A DNA stretch of 64,000 bases from Camelus ferus. Lineage: Eukaryota. The translations under genes and the position numbers were made by a program. How positions within the stretch are numbered: position 1 is the first letter of the stretch; each line of letters begins with the position of its first letter. This document shows, one piece after another, positions 26,502-40,339 of the stretch. The notes below the pieces were generated by a model that did not search any database, was not told the DNA's origin, and was given only the letters and a program-made list of their open reading frames with translations. The stretch spans positions 23,314,001-23,378,000 of the forward strand of contig NC_045697.1 of NCBI RefSeq assembly GCF_009834535.1, given 5' to 3'.

Positions 26502-26902
26502 TGTATTGGTTTCGTATTGCTGTGGTAACAAATTACTTTAAACTTAGTGGTGTAAGATACCACAAAATTGTTCTGTCGGAGTTCTGGAGGTCAAAACGCT
26601 AAAATCAAGGCTATAAGGCTGCTTCTGAAGGTTTCAAGGAAGAATTATGTCCTGGCCTTTTCCAGCTTCTAGAGGCTGCCTGTGTTCCTTGACTCCCTTC
26701 TTCATATAACTCCAACATCTTACACCTATCACATCCTCTTCTACTAACTATGACCTCCCCCCGACCCAGCCTTCCTCTTATAAAGGCCTTTATGGTGACA
26801 TTAGGCCTACCAGATGAAGCCCTAAACTTAATCATATCTGGAAAGTCCCATGTCCCATGACATATCAAAGGTTCTGGGAATTAGGACTTGGGCATTTTTC
26901 TG
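26502..26902 (-). mobile_element. MLT1C/D-like MaLR LTR
   Basis: tgtattggtttcgtattgctgtggtaacaaattac...gttctggaggtca...ccttttccagcttctagaggctgcc...ggttctgggaattaggac. Confidence 0.85.
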
Positions 26903-28459
26903 CCAGCCAGAATAATGAAGAAAAGATGAGTTGGAGTCCATAATTTTAGGTCCCAATGGTTTTGAAAACTGTTAAGATATGAGCATTATAAGCAATGCTT
27001 TGTTGTGGCCTGGGCTGCCACTGCTCCTGTTCTGGAACACAAAAAGGTGGGAGTCATTGGAAACCATCTTAGAATTTTTCTGCCACAATGTTTGCATACG
27101 TAATATGTGTGAGTGTTAGTTATACAGTGATCTAGCTGTCTTTAGTTGGTCTCACAAATTTCTTAGGATGACTGACTTATTTAATATCCCACGAACTAAA
27201 AAAATATAAATTAAGACCAAGTAGCATAGATAAAAACTATCAGATTAAGCCACTTTTCAGAAATAATGTATTAGTAGATGTAAAACTCCAAAGTGTAAAA
27301 ATACCTCTTCATGGCTACATTTACTATAAAACTCTCTTTTATAAATATTTTATAGCCAAAATAAAATTATACTTCAAAGAAATTAATCAATATATATGGC
27401 CTTGGGAAACCCTGAGGGGAAAAAAAAAGAAAATATATTTAAAATATAACAAAGCTTAAGCTGATTTTTTAAATGAAAGTTTGATCTTTATAATAAAGTG
27501 GTTTTTGCCCTATTAATATGTTTAACATACTTTAAAACCTACCTTAGAGTCAATAAATAATTCTATATGGGCTAACAAGTCATTTAATTTTACTTTGGCT
27601 CTTAATTTGATTTACTTTAGTTCTTTTTAGTGAATTGTACTCTAAGTTAAAGGTATTCTTTTCAGTTGTTAGTATATACAATCAGAAGAGACAAATGGAG
27701 GGCATTTTGAACGTATTTGTTATATTAAATCATATGTATTTCATTTTTAGTAACAAGTTAATACGTGTTTTAATATCACCTTGTAGAACATTACTTTATA
27801 ACCAACTTAATTTTGACAAAACAAATTCTTTGTATATTTGAGAACTAGAGTACAATTGTGGTTATCCATTTCATTAGCTATATTTGACTGAATAAAATTC
27901 CTGTCTCTGAGAATTATTGTGTCTTTAGGAACTCATTCTTACTGTTTTATTCAAAGAAGGAGGAATGCTTGCTTTGAGCTTCTGGCTTACTACCAGAAAG
28001 AATATATTCATATTCTTTCAGTTCTAAATCTGTAGTAAAAGATGTCAAAATGAGCTCTCAAGCAATTATATAGTAAAGTTATCTCATATTTTAGTACATT
28101 AATTACCAAATTAAAATGTGGTATTGACCTAATATTTTAGATACTTTTACATAGTGCATCCAATTAGAAAATTCAAGAAATTACTGTCAATTTTTAGATA
28201 AAAATTATTATGCTTTATTTAATCTTTACGGAGTACTGATATAACAAAGATTATTTAATACCTATTTCTGTGCACTTCCCCAAATGTTAGTTCTAACTGG
28301 GAAAAAACACTTTATCATCAATTTATCTTGAACAAGAATTTCTGCAATTCTTATACTAAAAGATTTTGGGATAAACTGAACCAAGTTTTGGAAGACAGTA
28401 TCACCAACATACACCAATATTCATTTTATCTTCCCTTCTATGCACAAAGAAGTCTACAC

Positions 28460-28678
28460 TGGTTTCCACTTTTAGTATGGCTGAGTAAGTTCCAAACAGG
28501 CCAACACTCTTGCACATAACAACTATAAACTTTATATTACATACAACAAACTATCTAAAGACTTTGAAATGTGAACAAAAGTACGTAGATTCTGGGAGGA
28601 AGGAAAATCTTGGATGGACAGTATGTGATATACTCCACCACCACCACTCCCTTTTTTCTTTCTTCTGTTTTTAAGTAA

Positions 28679-28726
<48 letters not shown>

Positions 28727-30575
28727 TATTATTATTTGCAATGCCTGTGGGCATGCTGCAGTCATCTTTCGTTGGCTGGTTACAGCTTGATGACTCACAG
28801 TCTTCTGGGATTTAAAGGCAAGAGGACAGAGATTAGGACAACTACCACCAAAAGTATGTAGGATAAAAATAGTAGAAAATGGAGAGCCAAAGAGAGGAGC
28901 CAAACTTTTATATATAAATACTGTATAAACCTCTGTCTGACCCAGCACCATCATGCATGAAAAGACTATTAACAACACAGCTCAAGGGAAAAAAAAAAAA
29001 AAGACACTTAACTGAGATATGAGCTCCTGTACAAGACAGAATTTTCAGTTTGTATACAACCAAGTTAATAGCCAGTTAAAACCACAATATCAACACTCAT
29101 GGGAGAAACTGAGTATGATCTAAACTTTACATAACATTTTGTGTACAATCCAAAATTACTCGACAAATAAGATCTAGGGGAATGTAGCCCATTCCTAAGA
29201 GAAAATAAAATCAATAAAAATCAATCTTGATATTTTGGAATTATCAGAGAAAAACTTTTAAAAACAGCTGTTATAATGATGCTAAATGGAATATTGCTAA
29301 ATGGAATAAAGGAAAATATGCTTGTAATGAATAAGGAGATAGGGAATAGCACAGAAATCATACTTTAAAAATTAGCAGGAAAGGAATTCTAGAACTGGAA
29401 AACATAATACCAGACCTTTAAACATTACTAGATAGGCTTAATAGCAGAATGGAGATGTCAGTAAAAAGAATTAGCAAACTTGAAGATAGTTAAATATAAA
29501 TTATACTATGTGAAAATAAAGATAATAAGATATTGAAAAAAATGAAGAGCCACGGTAATCTGTGGGACAATATCAGTAACTCCAACATGTATGTAATTAG
29601 ATTTCCATAGAGAGAAAGAAGAAAAAAAGAGTATCAGAAATTACAACCCGAAATTATCAGTTTTGTGAAAGATATCATCTATATATTGAAGAAGCTCAGC
29701 AGATTCCATGAAAGGTAAATATAAAGAAAACCATGCTTAGTCTCATTACAGACAAAATACTTGAAACCAAAGATAAATAAAATGTCTTGAAATTAATCAG
29801 AGGAAAATAAGCTTATATACAAGGGAACCACAATTCTAATGACTGTTAATTTCTCATTGATAACAATAGAGACCAGAAAATATACATCTTTAAAATATTC
29901 AAAAAAATAAAATTTTAAAGTCAAAAATTTTATATCCAGCAAAAAAAATCCTTCAGTAATGGAAATAGACATATTTTGAGGTAAACAAAAACAAGAAAAT
30001 TTGTGGCCAGGAGACCTGCAATACAAGAAATACTAAAGATGGTTTTTTAGATCGAAAGGAAATGGTACCAAGGAGAAATTTTAATACTCATAAAGTAATA
30101 AATATATTAGCTCTGACAAATATCTAGTAAATTAAAAATTAAAATTTCATCTGCATTTCATTATACCTATATCCTATAAAACAAAAATATTTTTATTGAG
30201 CTTATTTACATTATATCTAAAGCATAAAGGATGAAATGAAATGGGGATGCTAAATTGGCCTATATGCTTTCAAATTTACTTACTGAATTCTAAGAAGACT
30301 GGGAAAATTTTAGAATATATATTTTAATTTCTAGATAAATTACTGAAAAATAACAAAGAGGTACAGCTATAAAGTCAATAAATGAAGTGTACTTTCAAAA
30401 ATATTCAAATAATCCAAAAAAAGGAAGAAAAGAAGAAACAAACAAAAAACAGGAAACAAATGAACTGGAAGATATATAAATCAAGCAATTTCTATAATTA
30501 AATTAATGTTATTAGATTCCATATACTAACTGAAAAAATAGTTTTTCAGAACAGATGAAAAACCAAAACATCTAT
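28460..30575 (+). mobile_element. Old L1 5' region, ORF1 remnant and inter-ORF
   Basis: ggcttaatagcagaatggagatg...ttagcaaacttgaagatag; ctgtgggacaatatc; gaagaagctcagcagattcc; tacaagggaacc...gactgttaatttctca. Confidence 0.8.
28683..28735 (+). repeat. (TTA)n microsatellite
   Basis: Directly visible. Confidence 0.95.
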
Positions 30576-30579
30576 ATTT

Positions 30580-30908
30580 TCAGCCCTAATTTAAGTTGTG
30601 CAAAATTATGGGAAATATTGGTCAATAAAATGTGAGCAGGAAGGATGTAGATCATTCTGAGCTCAGGCAGTAAAATGCTCAATTATCTATGCATTTGCTT
30701 TTCCTGCAAAGGTAATATGAAGGGTACCCAAGGAGGAAATGGAGTTGCTCAATTTGAAGTGCTGAGTCTTTAACGGGAGGAATTGCCCTAGAGAATTGCT
30801 GGGATCCAGAGAAGAATTTATAACACTCAACACCAATAAATAACCATTTGTTTTGTTAAACATTATTTATGTTTGTTAGCATAGCTAGCCTAGCTTATTC
30901 TAATCAAG
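30580..30908 (+). mobile_element. Old MLT1 (H/I-like) LTR
   Basis: ggtcaataaaatgtgagcaggaag...tttgttttgttaaac...tagcctagcttattct. Confidence 0.5.
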
Positions 30909-33365
30909 AGAAACCCAAGTTGCCCCATTGCACAGAAATTAATGACAACATTGTTAAAATGATATATGATTATTTATCATGAATTTATCAATTAAAATTA
31001 CTTGCATTATGAGATGACTAATTTTTGATACATACACAATTTTGATAGGAGTAAAATCTCAAGAACATATGACATCAAAAATACTAAAATATACTTATTG
31101 CACAGTTTTTAAAGGTTTGCTATATTACAAAGAAATAGAGACAATAATAACATAAAAAAATTAAGTTTTCATTTATGTGTATATGTTAGATTTTTATGTG
31201 CATTATTGGGTCAAATCCATCCATCTACAAATATTTAAAACCTCAATTTTTACAGTTGAAAATTAGACGCATCTTTCTGAAGGGTTTTTCTTTAATGATA
31301 AACCCTTAAAGTGGTAATTTAAATACTGGATAAAAAAGTTAGATTGTTGAAGAAGTATGAAGTAGGAGCCATACTGCTTATGATTTATTTAAAACTATAA
31401 ATATTAAATATAGTAATTAAAATAGATTAAATAAAATATAACAGAGATAGATGTAAGCTAAATATCAAACTAGATTTAAAAAAAGTACACCCTATATATT
31501 GATATTATAAAAATGTTTTTAAAAGAGTAATGGGAAAGATAAAAAGAAATAATAGAGAGAATATAGTATTGCTCCATAAAGAAATTAGAAGTTGAGACAA
31601 AGTAAAACTAAAAGAATGGAAACCTTAATCTATAGTGATTTATTTATTATATAAATTCAAATAATATCTTTGCACAAAATGAATACCAAATAATCTAATG
31701 AGATTTTAAAAATTTAAATTTAAATATGGAAATGGAGAAAGAAACTTCTTGTTTAATTTTTTTCTTTAATATTTCTGGATTTCTTATTTATTGGTTTATT
31801 AAATAAAAAGTATGCAAAATAAATAGCTAATTAAATTTCAGTAAAGTATTTTTAAACAAACGTCTTAAAATTGTTAATCCCTAAAAGAATTAAAACTTTA
31901 TAAGTATAGGTCTAAAGTTGGAATAATATGGAATATTTATAATGTGAAAATTATGCCTTAAAGGGACTAATATAATAGGAAGCAATGCCCTCCCTTTTTC
32001 TATTAATTCTTTGCAAAAATTGTCTTATTTTACTATATCTGATGCTTATATTTATTAATATAATTTGTGTTCTTTCCCTTAAATTTCTATTTGCATTTCC
32101 CCCTCTTCAATGAATTAGATTATCCTCAATAGCCTGAGACTTCATTGTCCAATGAACAAATAATGTGTACAGCAGGTGACTTTGTGCACGTTTTAGGAGT
32201 CTAACCAGGGAAAATGTTACTTATTAATATCAAACACTAACCACTTCGAAAAGTGACTAATGCATAGTGTATTTGTGATTAATTCACTTCTCCCACATGT
32301 CTGCTTGGCCAAAAGGGTGAAGAATGTGATGTTCAAAATACGCTAGTCTAGCATTTTAAAATTATTCTTCTTGGTTGTTGATGTTTCACGGTATTCTTGT
32401 TCTCAGTAATTCAATTTTTCCTGCTTGATAAAATGTTCGAAGTTTCCAATAGTCCATGTCATTACATTGTTTGGTGTTCACAGTGAATGGTGACCTTGAT
32501 CACTGCTTTTCTTTGTGTATTTCCAATAAAAGAGCTCATGAGCCACAAGATACTTTAGCAACAGTGATATCTCCTAAAATAGATCTGACATTGTCATTAG
32601 TCATTCGAAGAAGCCTGAGCTGTTAACCTACTTTGTCTTTTCACTGGACATCAAATGCTGAAGTTTACAAGGAAAAATTTCTTTTCCTCTCAATCAGATG
32701 TCTGCCTGCCATTTTAAGGAGCATTCAATACAGCACTGAAAATGTAATTCTGGAATAATTAGTCACTTTCTTTTCTCTTTATTTCTTTACACTATTTAGT
32801 CTCTCAATTTGAAACAAATCCAAAATTTTCTTAGAATTTTGATTGCTTTTCTTTCATAAGATTACGTACCATTCATAATATTCAAAGAGTTAAAAGAAAC
32901 AAAAATATTAAAGGCAACCATAGTGTCTTTTCCTCCTGTTGTTCTTACCCAAAGCCAAAATATGATTTCTGTTTCCTGTGCTGTCATTTCATCACATTTC
33001 AATGTCAGAAACACTGTTAAATGAAATCAAACATGCTTCCTGCTTTTGAACCTGATTCTGATAAAGCTGCTGAATTTGTAATAAAGTAGCACAAAGACCT
33101 CAAAACTTAAAATCCATAAATCCTAGCAGCTTAATAAAGAATGTCTGGTCAGTGGGTTTGTATTCTCTGACAGTAAGGATGACTCTGATGGTCCCAGTGG
33201 CAATATACTCTGGTATGATGTCTTCTGTTAACATGGAAACAGAGACAAAAGCCCAAAAAACAGGAGGGAGTATATTTTAAGACTCAAACTCAGATTTACA
33301 CTTATTTATAGTTTGGGATATTGCATGTATAGTACTACATAACTGACCTGCTCTGGTATATATGC

Positions 33366-33675
33366 TTTAGGAGATGAAAAATTTTCCTCTACTCTTCTAG
33401 TTTCTTTTTGGCTGGTCTAAAAATTAAATTGATATAAAACAGATCAACAGTAGAAAACTAATTTAATTTTGTACATTCGGGAATGTCAAAGACATAAGGT
33501 TCAAAGAAGTGACTAAAGCAGACAGCTTTTTATGCCTTTCAGAAAAAGAAAGAATTATTTGTACATAGTTGACCAAATAAAGAGGGTTTTGCTTGGAGTA
33601 GCAAAGTAATGAAGAAATAACAAAGTTTGTTTATACAGCTTTCTTGGCCTTGAATTCCTTATCTCTGGTGATAAG
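33366..33675 (-). repeat. 3' LTR, missing its first ~184 bp
   Basis: Colinear with 36001-36305 (gctggtctaa.aattaaattga; gcaaagtaatgaagaaataacaaagtttgttt; tctggtgataag). Confidence 0.9.
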
Positions 33676-33679
33676 AAAA

Positions 33680-34400
33680 AATGTTCATTCTAACTCTTTG
33701 TTGTCTGTATTTCTTTAAGCCATTTTCAAAGAACTGGATAGTCTTTATCATTGTGATATTTAGAGATTGATTAGCCCACCTAAGCACATTATTTTGAATC
33801 TGCTTTTTTGTATCAGGGAGGAAATTTTCTACTAAGGCAGAAATTAAAAGAGTCCTATGTTCTAGAGCTGGATTTAATGCAGTGTGCCTTTGAAATGCCT
33901 GTATAAAATGTTTAACAAATATTTTTGGATGTTTTCTTTCTGGGTGTATGCATAATTCAAATTTAGACCAATTAACTTTATGGGGATAGCCCATAATATC
34001 ATTCCTATCAAACCTTGATTATTAGCCTCTAACTTAGCCATTTCCTGGTCATTTGAAGAGGATCCTGGGACAAGTTCTAGCCATTTATTTTCTCTGTGAA
34101 AGGGGAGAGGGTCAAGGAACTGGCTTGTCTGATAACTACAACATAATCTTGGCTGGGAAGAATCTCCATTAGCAATCGAAGTCCCTATGAGTGTATTTAT
34201 GCATGGCAATTAATATTTTTAATTTCTCTTTAAATTTGGTAAGATATTTTAAAAATGGACATAAAAGAGCTTTATAACGTAAAAGATTTGCTGTTGTCCA
34301 AGGGACTTGAATTCTTTGTGGTAGGGATCCTATCCAAATGACATTGCTTAGGAATGTCTGAAATTGGCAGGGCAAGTTTATCAAGCCCTAAAATGTAGAA
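33680..34400 (-). pseudogene. gag: Gammaretrovirus-like gag capsid (p30) relic, frameshifted
   Basis: Three overlapping minus ORFs read VPWTTANLLRYKALLCPF...KFKEKLKILIAMHKYTHRD / ...MILWAIP / HKVNWSKFELCIHPERKHPKIFVKHFIQAFQRHTALNP, resembling CA and its major homology region. Confidence 0.8.
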
Positions 34401-35980
34401 GGAGTTAAAAGGGACTGGAAAGAAAGCGTATCAACTGTCCCAGGTGCCTCTGCTAAATTCATTTTCTGATATTCAGAAATTATGCAGGTAACCTGTATAC
34501 CCCTGCCTTAGAAGTCAGGCTGGAGTGTCCCCTGTAAGCCTTGGGATTTTCTAGGGAAGTTGGAGGAGCTTTAGGATTTAGGAGAACTGGCAAGAAGATG
34601 GTGTTGGGTTTTGAGGAGGGGATTAGATCATTGGCCTATAGATCCAAAAGATCTTCTGGTGAGTCAGGTTAAGGAAGTTTGGAATAAGGGGTGTATAAGA
34701 GGAAGCATGAGGGAGATTTATAGGAGATTTGGTTTTTACTTTTTTTTCTATGTTTTAATTCCTTTCCATTCTTTCTTCTTATTTAGAAAGTCCGTAAAAG
34801 CAGCTGCTATGTTTCTTCGTGTTCTCTTTTCAATTTTCTCTTTTCCATAGATACCAATAAATCAACTATTTAAAATAAAAGCTCTCTAAAAATTTCTCCA
34901 TTTTTAAGTTTTTCCAACTCAAAGACTCCATTGCATGTCCATTGATGAATAAGAGCTTCTTACTAGTGACTCAAAACAGAAAGTGTTCTTTGTGGCTTAC
35001 CCATGGATGTAAGAGGCATTCCCAAACGGAATACAAAAGATGTGGCCCTCATAAGAGCCAGAAAGTTTATTCCCAAAGGTATTCTAAAACATCAAAGACC
35101 TTCATTGCATATGTGGTAAGAATGATGCAATGAAAATGTTGTCTCTGGTTTCCTACAAGAACATGAGGTCCCTTAAGGTACAGATGCATTAATCTGTGAA
35201 ACTGGGCAGGCGTCACTGGAATGGAACTGTTCAATCACTAACAAGGTGGAGATGACAAGGCCCCTTATGATCTGGGATCCATTATGACAATTTCCCTTCA
35301 GAGCTGGCTTGGCCAAACAGAGAAAGTGCTACTTGTGACTTTGTGTCTTGGAACCTCAGTCTATTTGGCCACCAAGATGCACAAAATTAAGTATATTTTC
35401 TAGACAGCAGATACCAGGGAGAGTATTCTCACTGGTCACAAAACTCTCAGGACATACGAAAAGAAAAGAAAAGAAAAGAAAAGCCCTCATTCTGTTTATG
35501 CCAGGGAACATAGCAAGTTTCATCTCAATAGACAGGTCTGGTGAGAACCATGACTCACCAGTTTATGAAGCCCGCTGGAACAGCAGGGTATGGGGCTTAT
35601 GCCTGTATTGTACCCTATGTTTTGTTGTGGGTTTTTTTTTTTTCTCCTTATGACAAATGACAACATAAATAGTGACAAAGAAACAAAGTGATCATTTCTG
35701 GGAGGAAAAATACCAATAAAAACCAAGTGAACTCATGCCAATTTTTTACTAGAAGCTATACCCAAGAAACTAATCCCATAAATATTTTCTCTTCCTAATC
35801 TAAATTTAGAAAAGGAAGGAACAAGAAAATTGTACCTTCCTATTTTGACCACGCATACAGAGAGATCTAGGAGAGTTAACTTTGGCAAGAATTCTAACCT
35901 TCTGTTGGAGCTTGTCAGGAGTCCCAGAATCTCTCAACTGCAGCAGCCCTGAAGGAAGCAGTGTCCAGCCAGTGAGGTTT

Positions 35981-35998
35981 ATCCTGCTGACTACGCCA
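35981..35998 (-). promoter_or_regulatory. Retroviral primer-binding site, tRNA-Ser
   Basis: Minus strand TGGCGTAGTCAGCAGGAT, 2 nt after the LTR end; plus strand ATCCTGCTGACTACGCCA is 17/18 identical to the recalled mammalian tRNA-Ser(AGA) 3' end ATCCTGCCGACTACGCCA. Confidence 0.88.
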
Positions 35999-36000
35999 GC

Positions 36001-36489
36001 TGTAGGGTAGGAAAAATTTTCCTGTATCTTTATATTTTTAGCTGGTCTAATAATTAAATTGACATAAGACGGATCAACAGGAGAAAACAAATTTAATTTT
36101 GTACATACAGGAACCCCAAAGATAAGAAAGCTCAAAGAAGTGACAAAAGCAGGCAGCGTTTAAACCTTTAAGACAAAGAAATAATTACTTGTGAACACTT
36201 GAAAAAACAAAGGGGTTTTTGCCTGGGGAAGCAAAGTAATGAAGAAATAACAAAGTTTGTTTGTACAGCATTCTTAGCCTTGAATTCCCTACCTCTGGTG
36301 ATAAGGACGCCTCCTAACCTCCAGCATATGCAGGATGCCTTCAAATGGGAGATTTAATTCCTGCTTCTGGGGGACAGAGGACAGTCAGAGTGTTGTTCTT
36401 GCACCAGTTATTTCTTAAGTAACATTAACTCAAAATAATCTATATCACAAAGTGACATAAATTGGGGAAGCCTGTCCTAAACCCCATCA
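36001..36489 (-). repeat. Complete 5' LTR
   Basis: Minus strand starts TGATGGGGTTTAGGACAGGCTTCCCCAATTTATGTCACTTTG (MER34/MER39-like) and ends CCCTACA. Confidence 0.9.
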
Positions 36490-38459
36490 ATGTTCAACTG
36501 AATGAAACAAAACTATGCAAAAAGAATTAAAACAAACCAATTTCAGAAGTGAGATGAGTCTGAACATGTTGCTTTGTTCAAAAAAAAAAAACAAAAGAAA
36601 ATTATTTTTGCTTAATTTGCATAATGGCTATAGCCTGTGTTAGATCTGATTGAATACTTATAGCAAGATTATGGTCCCTAAAGAGACTAATTCTGTGAAA
36701 TAAGTCAATACAATGAGATATTTGCCATCATATAAATTTATATTGAAGTTGACTATATTGTTTAATAGTTGATTGTTTTCAACTGTTCAATGGTTTATAT
36801 TGACATTACATAAAAATAGACCTCTAAGACCATATAAGAGGATTCAAGAAAAATTTGAAGAACACACAAATATTACAACAATTCAATTAATATGTTATAG
36901 TTAACAGTATTCTCATTAGTTATATATAATTTACTGGCATTCAGCAAACACTGCTCCAATATCAAAAGCCACTTTTTGGTAGTTTCATGTTCTTACATCC
37001 TTAACTAAAAATTAAAATACATATTTGGTATAATTCAACCCTTCCTTCTTATCTTTTAATACATTTCAATCAGAATGATTACAGACATTAGCACATGAAA
37101 AAGAACAGCATTAATACATGCACTGGAATCAACTGAAGACCATACATCTTGGGTTATTTATAAAAATGTCATGTAAGAATATTTTGCCCATTAGTGCTGT
37201 CAAACTGTCTCAAAAATTACAAACACTGATTTCTTCTAGACTAGCTCTTCCACTTGAAAGTCACCTAAAATATGTAAGTACTTTATGCGTTCTAATTTTG
37301 TTGACAAGTAAAAATTATTAAAGAGACATTTAAACATGTAATTATATTTTGCTTCCCCAATTTATGCAAATATATCTATACTTTTTCTTTTTTAATTTCC
37401 ATAATTACAGAATAAACTTATTCTGTATTAAAGCTGGAGTCAATCAGTCTATGAATGGTTACTGATTCTATTAAGACAATCAGTGGAAACAGGTGAAGAG
37501 AGAAGTAGAGGGAACTTTGATCTATATAAAATTATACACTTCATTAGGAAAAGTACACATCCCCTAGAATACAACTTCAAATAATCAGAAGCACTCAATG
37601 AAATCATACAATAGAAATAAATAGAATGATTCACTTTACTAAAATATTTATGTGAAATAAATATCATGTAAGTATATTGCAAACAAGAGAAAATGAATCT
37701 AGTTTAACTTTTAAAAAGTCTCTTTGGTTTACTATTTAGTTGTGAAATTCTGGAAGCTACCCAAATGTAAATGTTTAAAGAAGGAAGCAGTCTGATAGTA
37801 TGTCATTAATGTCATAATGTCAAAAAAAAAAATTGATCGGTAGTCTCTCTACTGTGGGTCTGCATTTCTACATGAGAAAATTGGGAGCTGAGTGCTGGTT
37901 GCCTCATGTCACACTGGATAAGTTCTCTTCCATTTTTCACAGTCTCCACCAGGTCTGATTCACTTACTTACATGCCCTCTTGTGCACAGAGGCTCAGAGT
38001 TTGCTACTACTGGAATAAACCATGGGATGTCAAAGAAATTTTGATTCTCAAAGATCTAGGAAGAAAACTCAGCAAGGATATTCTTTTTGTTTTTTCTGAA
38101 GAAAATGCCAAAACCACAATGAAAGTGGATGAGGCAAACCTCACCCGGTATCAGGCACTGGAAGTAGCAGTGTAGTCAGTAAGTTCATTAACAATTATTT
38201 ATTAAACCACCATTGCTATCAGACACTATAATAAGAAGAGCCTACTGCTATCTGAATTATCTCTAAATTGAAATCCCATTAAGCTTTTCAGAACTACCCA
38301 TACTTGTAGACATGGTTCAAACTTACAAATTTGTTTAAAGTTTGAAATCAATTAAAAAAGAAAGTAAAATCACATGTTTCATCTATAAGGCAGCAGAAAT
38401 CTGATTGGAAAATACAACTTTAATTAAAAATTTGCAAGCAACTTATTTGCTTCCATTGT

Positions 38460-38880
38460 TGAACAACCAGTTCTCTTTTCTGAGATTCTTCTTAGGTTTC
38501 ATTGGGAATTAGTCGTTGAAACCAGGGTTGATTTGCTCAAGAAGGAAAAAAAAAAGAACATAGTGGACAAATATTGGGCATATCTCTCTGGGAGTTAAAT
38601 AGTTAAACAACCAAAACTGCTGAAAGAAGAAATTAGGTCTATGCTAATTTTAACATTGGGATGTTTAGCCACAAGAAAATTTGCTTTAATGTAACTTGAC
38701 TCTGACCACTTTAATGTCCCTCTGCCTCTATATTTTAAAATTCTTGGAAGAGAGAATTTTATCTGTCTACTTTGGATCAGGTGTCCATGTCAGAATCGTT
38801 TCTGTTATGAGACTTGCTGGGACATATAGTATAGAAATGGCCACTGAGGGCTCGCTTCTTTAATTTAGGGCCTTTTACGG
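38460..38880 (-). mobile_element. Old MLT1 (K/L-like) LTR remnant
   Basis: aaattcttggaagagagaattttatctgtctactttggatcaggtgtcca. Confidence 0.45.
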
Positions 38881-39819
38881 AGAAGAGGCCCCATTGTAAG
38901 ACAGGCACCTAATTCAGGACATATTTAGTGAAGATAATTTTCCTGCCTGCACCCACACATATTTTGGAGAGTTTGGGGGAGAGGGGACAAAACAAAAGGT
39001 AATTTCTAATATTATTTTCAATAAATGTTCTACAGGTTAAAAATGCCCAGGTTTTATGCAATGACTATATTCTGAATATCAGAATTATGTCATACACAAA
39101 ATAAAAATGGTTTATCTGAAAAAAATAGAATCAATTTTCCCCCAAAATCAGGTCATTAGGTAATGACAGATGTTAATTTCTGAGGAGATATATGTTGAAA
39201 ATATAGCCCCATAATACTACTAAACATAAACTGATTAACTTATAAGTATTATCCAATAGTTTTATTTTAGAAAAAAAATTATATACCAATTTAATTAGTA
39301 ATTAAAACTATACTACATTAAAAGTGTAATTCAAAGTGACTCAAAAAGTACATGCTTTTTCTAATTAATCATTATATTCAACAATCTGATGAAATGTATT
39401 CCTTTTAATAGTCCAAATGGATCATTACGTATTAAAATCAATAGAAAATTAAGTTGTATCCTTCACCATGTTGAATTCTTCTTATACCAGCATGGAAAAA
39501 AAAATCTAAGGTGAGTGTTTGTGCGTGTACACAAGTGCATGTGTGGTTGTGTGTATTTGTAGCTATTTAATGTGGTGGACCAGTGACTCCAAGTTCTGAT
39601 TTGCCATCTCAGTTTCCTATTGAGACTGAGTGCCTTGAGCATCCAAACTTAATAGTTTCTATGGAGCACATTTTGTTTCCAAACATTCCTGTTCTGAAAG
39701 AAACCAACCCTCTTCTGAAAAAAAAAAATTTCCCTCTCATTTTTATTCATTCATTGAAGATGGTACATAGCTTACTCTTTCCACCTTAAATTATGGAATT
39801 ATTTCATAAACTAAGTTTA

Positions 39820-40012
39820 TTTAATGTTGTTTAACAGAATATTCTGTGATGATGAGAATGTTTTTTGTCCACACTTTCCAGTACAGCAGCCATGAGCCAC
39901 ATGTGGCTACTAAACATTTATGATGTGGTTGGTGTGACAAAGGGTCTGAATTTTTAAATTTAACTAATTTTACTTATTTTAAACTAAGTAATCAATGACC
40001 ACTGCCATGCTG
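39820..40012. mobile_element. MER3 hAT-Charlie element
   Basis: ttctgtgatgatgagaatgtt...agccacatgtggctactaaacattta...ctgaatttttaaattt. Confidence 0.85.
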
Positions 40013-40339
40013 GTCTCTTTCCAATATAGAGCACAAAATGACAGAGTGGCAGCTGGGGTCCCTTCTTCAACAGGCTATAAAGAACCCCAGGCAACCATGG
40101 GTTTGAGCAGAGTTGCAACAGGATTGGTGACATCAGAGGTTGGGATGATTTATCATGCAGCTTATTTGTACCTTTTGGACTGTCCATGCCTAAATCTGTA
40201 CTACTTCTATCTTTTGATAAATTACCGCCGGTACTTTTAGTTTTTGTCACATAGTCGCTTTTTGTCAAAAGGGCAAGTGTTCTATCTCTACCAGAGCCCA
40301 GCATCATGACAGGAATATGTCTTTTAAATTTCTGTGATT

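Larger units (their letters stand above)
33366..36489 (-). mobile_element. Internally deleted ERV1 provirus (MER34/MER39-like LTRs)
   Basis: Two homologous LTR copies, PBS, gag relic, 4-bp flanks atgc (33362-33365) / atgt (36490-36493). Confidence 0.88.

Noticed and set aside
29280..29308. Tandem tgctaaatggaata duplication
   Set aside because: Simple slippage duplication inside a decayed L1
31300..31950. Very AT-rich tract, possible L1 relic or matrix-attachment region
   Set aside because: Too low-complexity to assign by eye
35981..35998. tRNA-Ser gene
   Set aside because: Only the 3' 18 nt including CCA, directly beside an LTR: a PBS, not a tRNA gene
37960..38110. Possible minus-strand exon (ttttcttcag...gtaagt)
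   Set aside because: Splice-like motifs only, no recognisable coding content; expected by chance in AT-rich DNA
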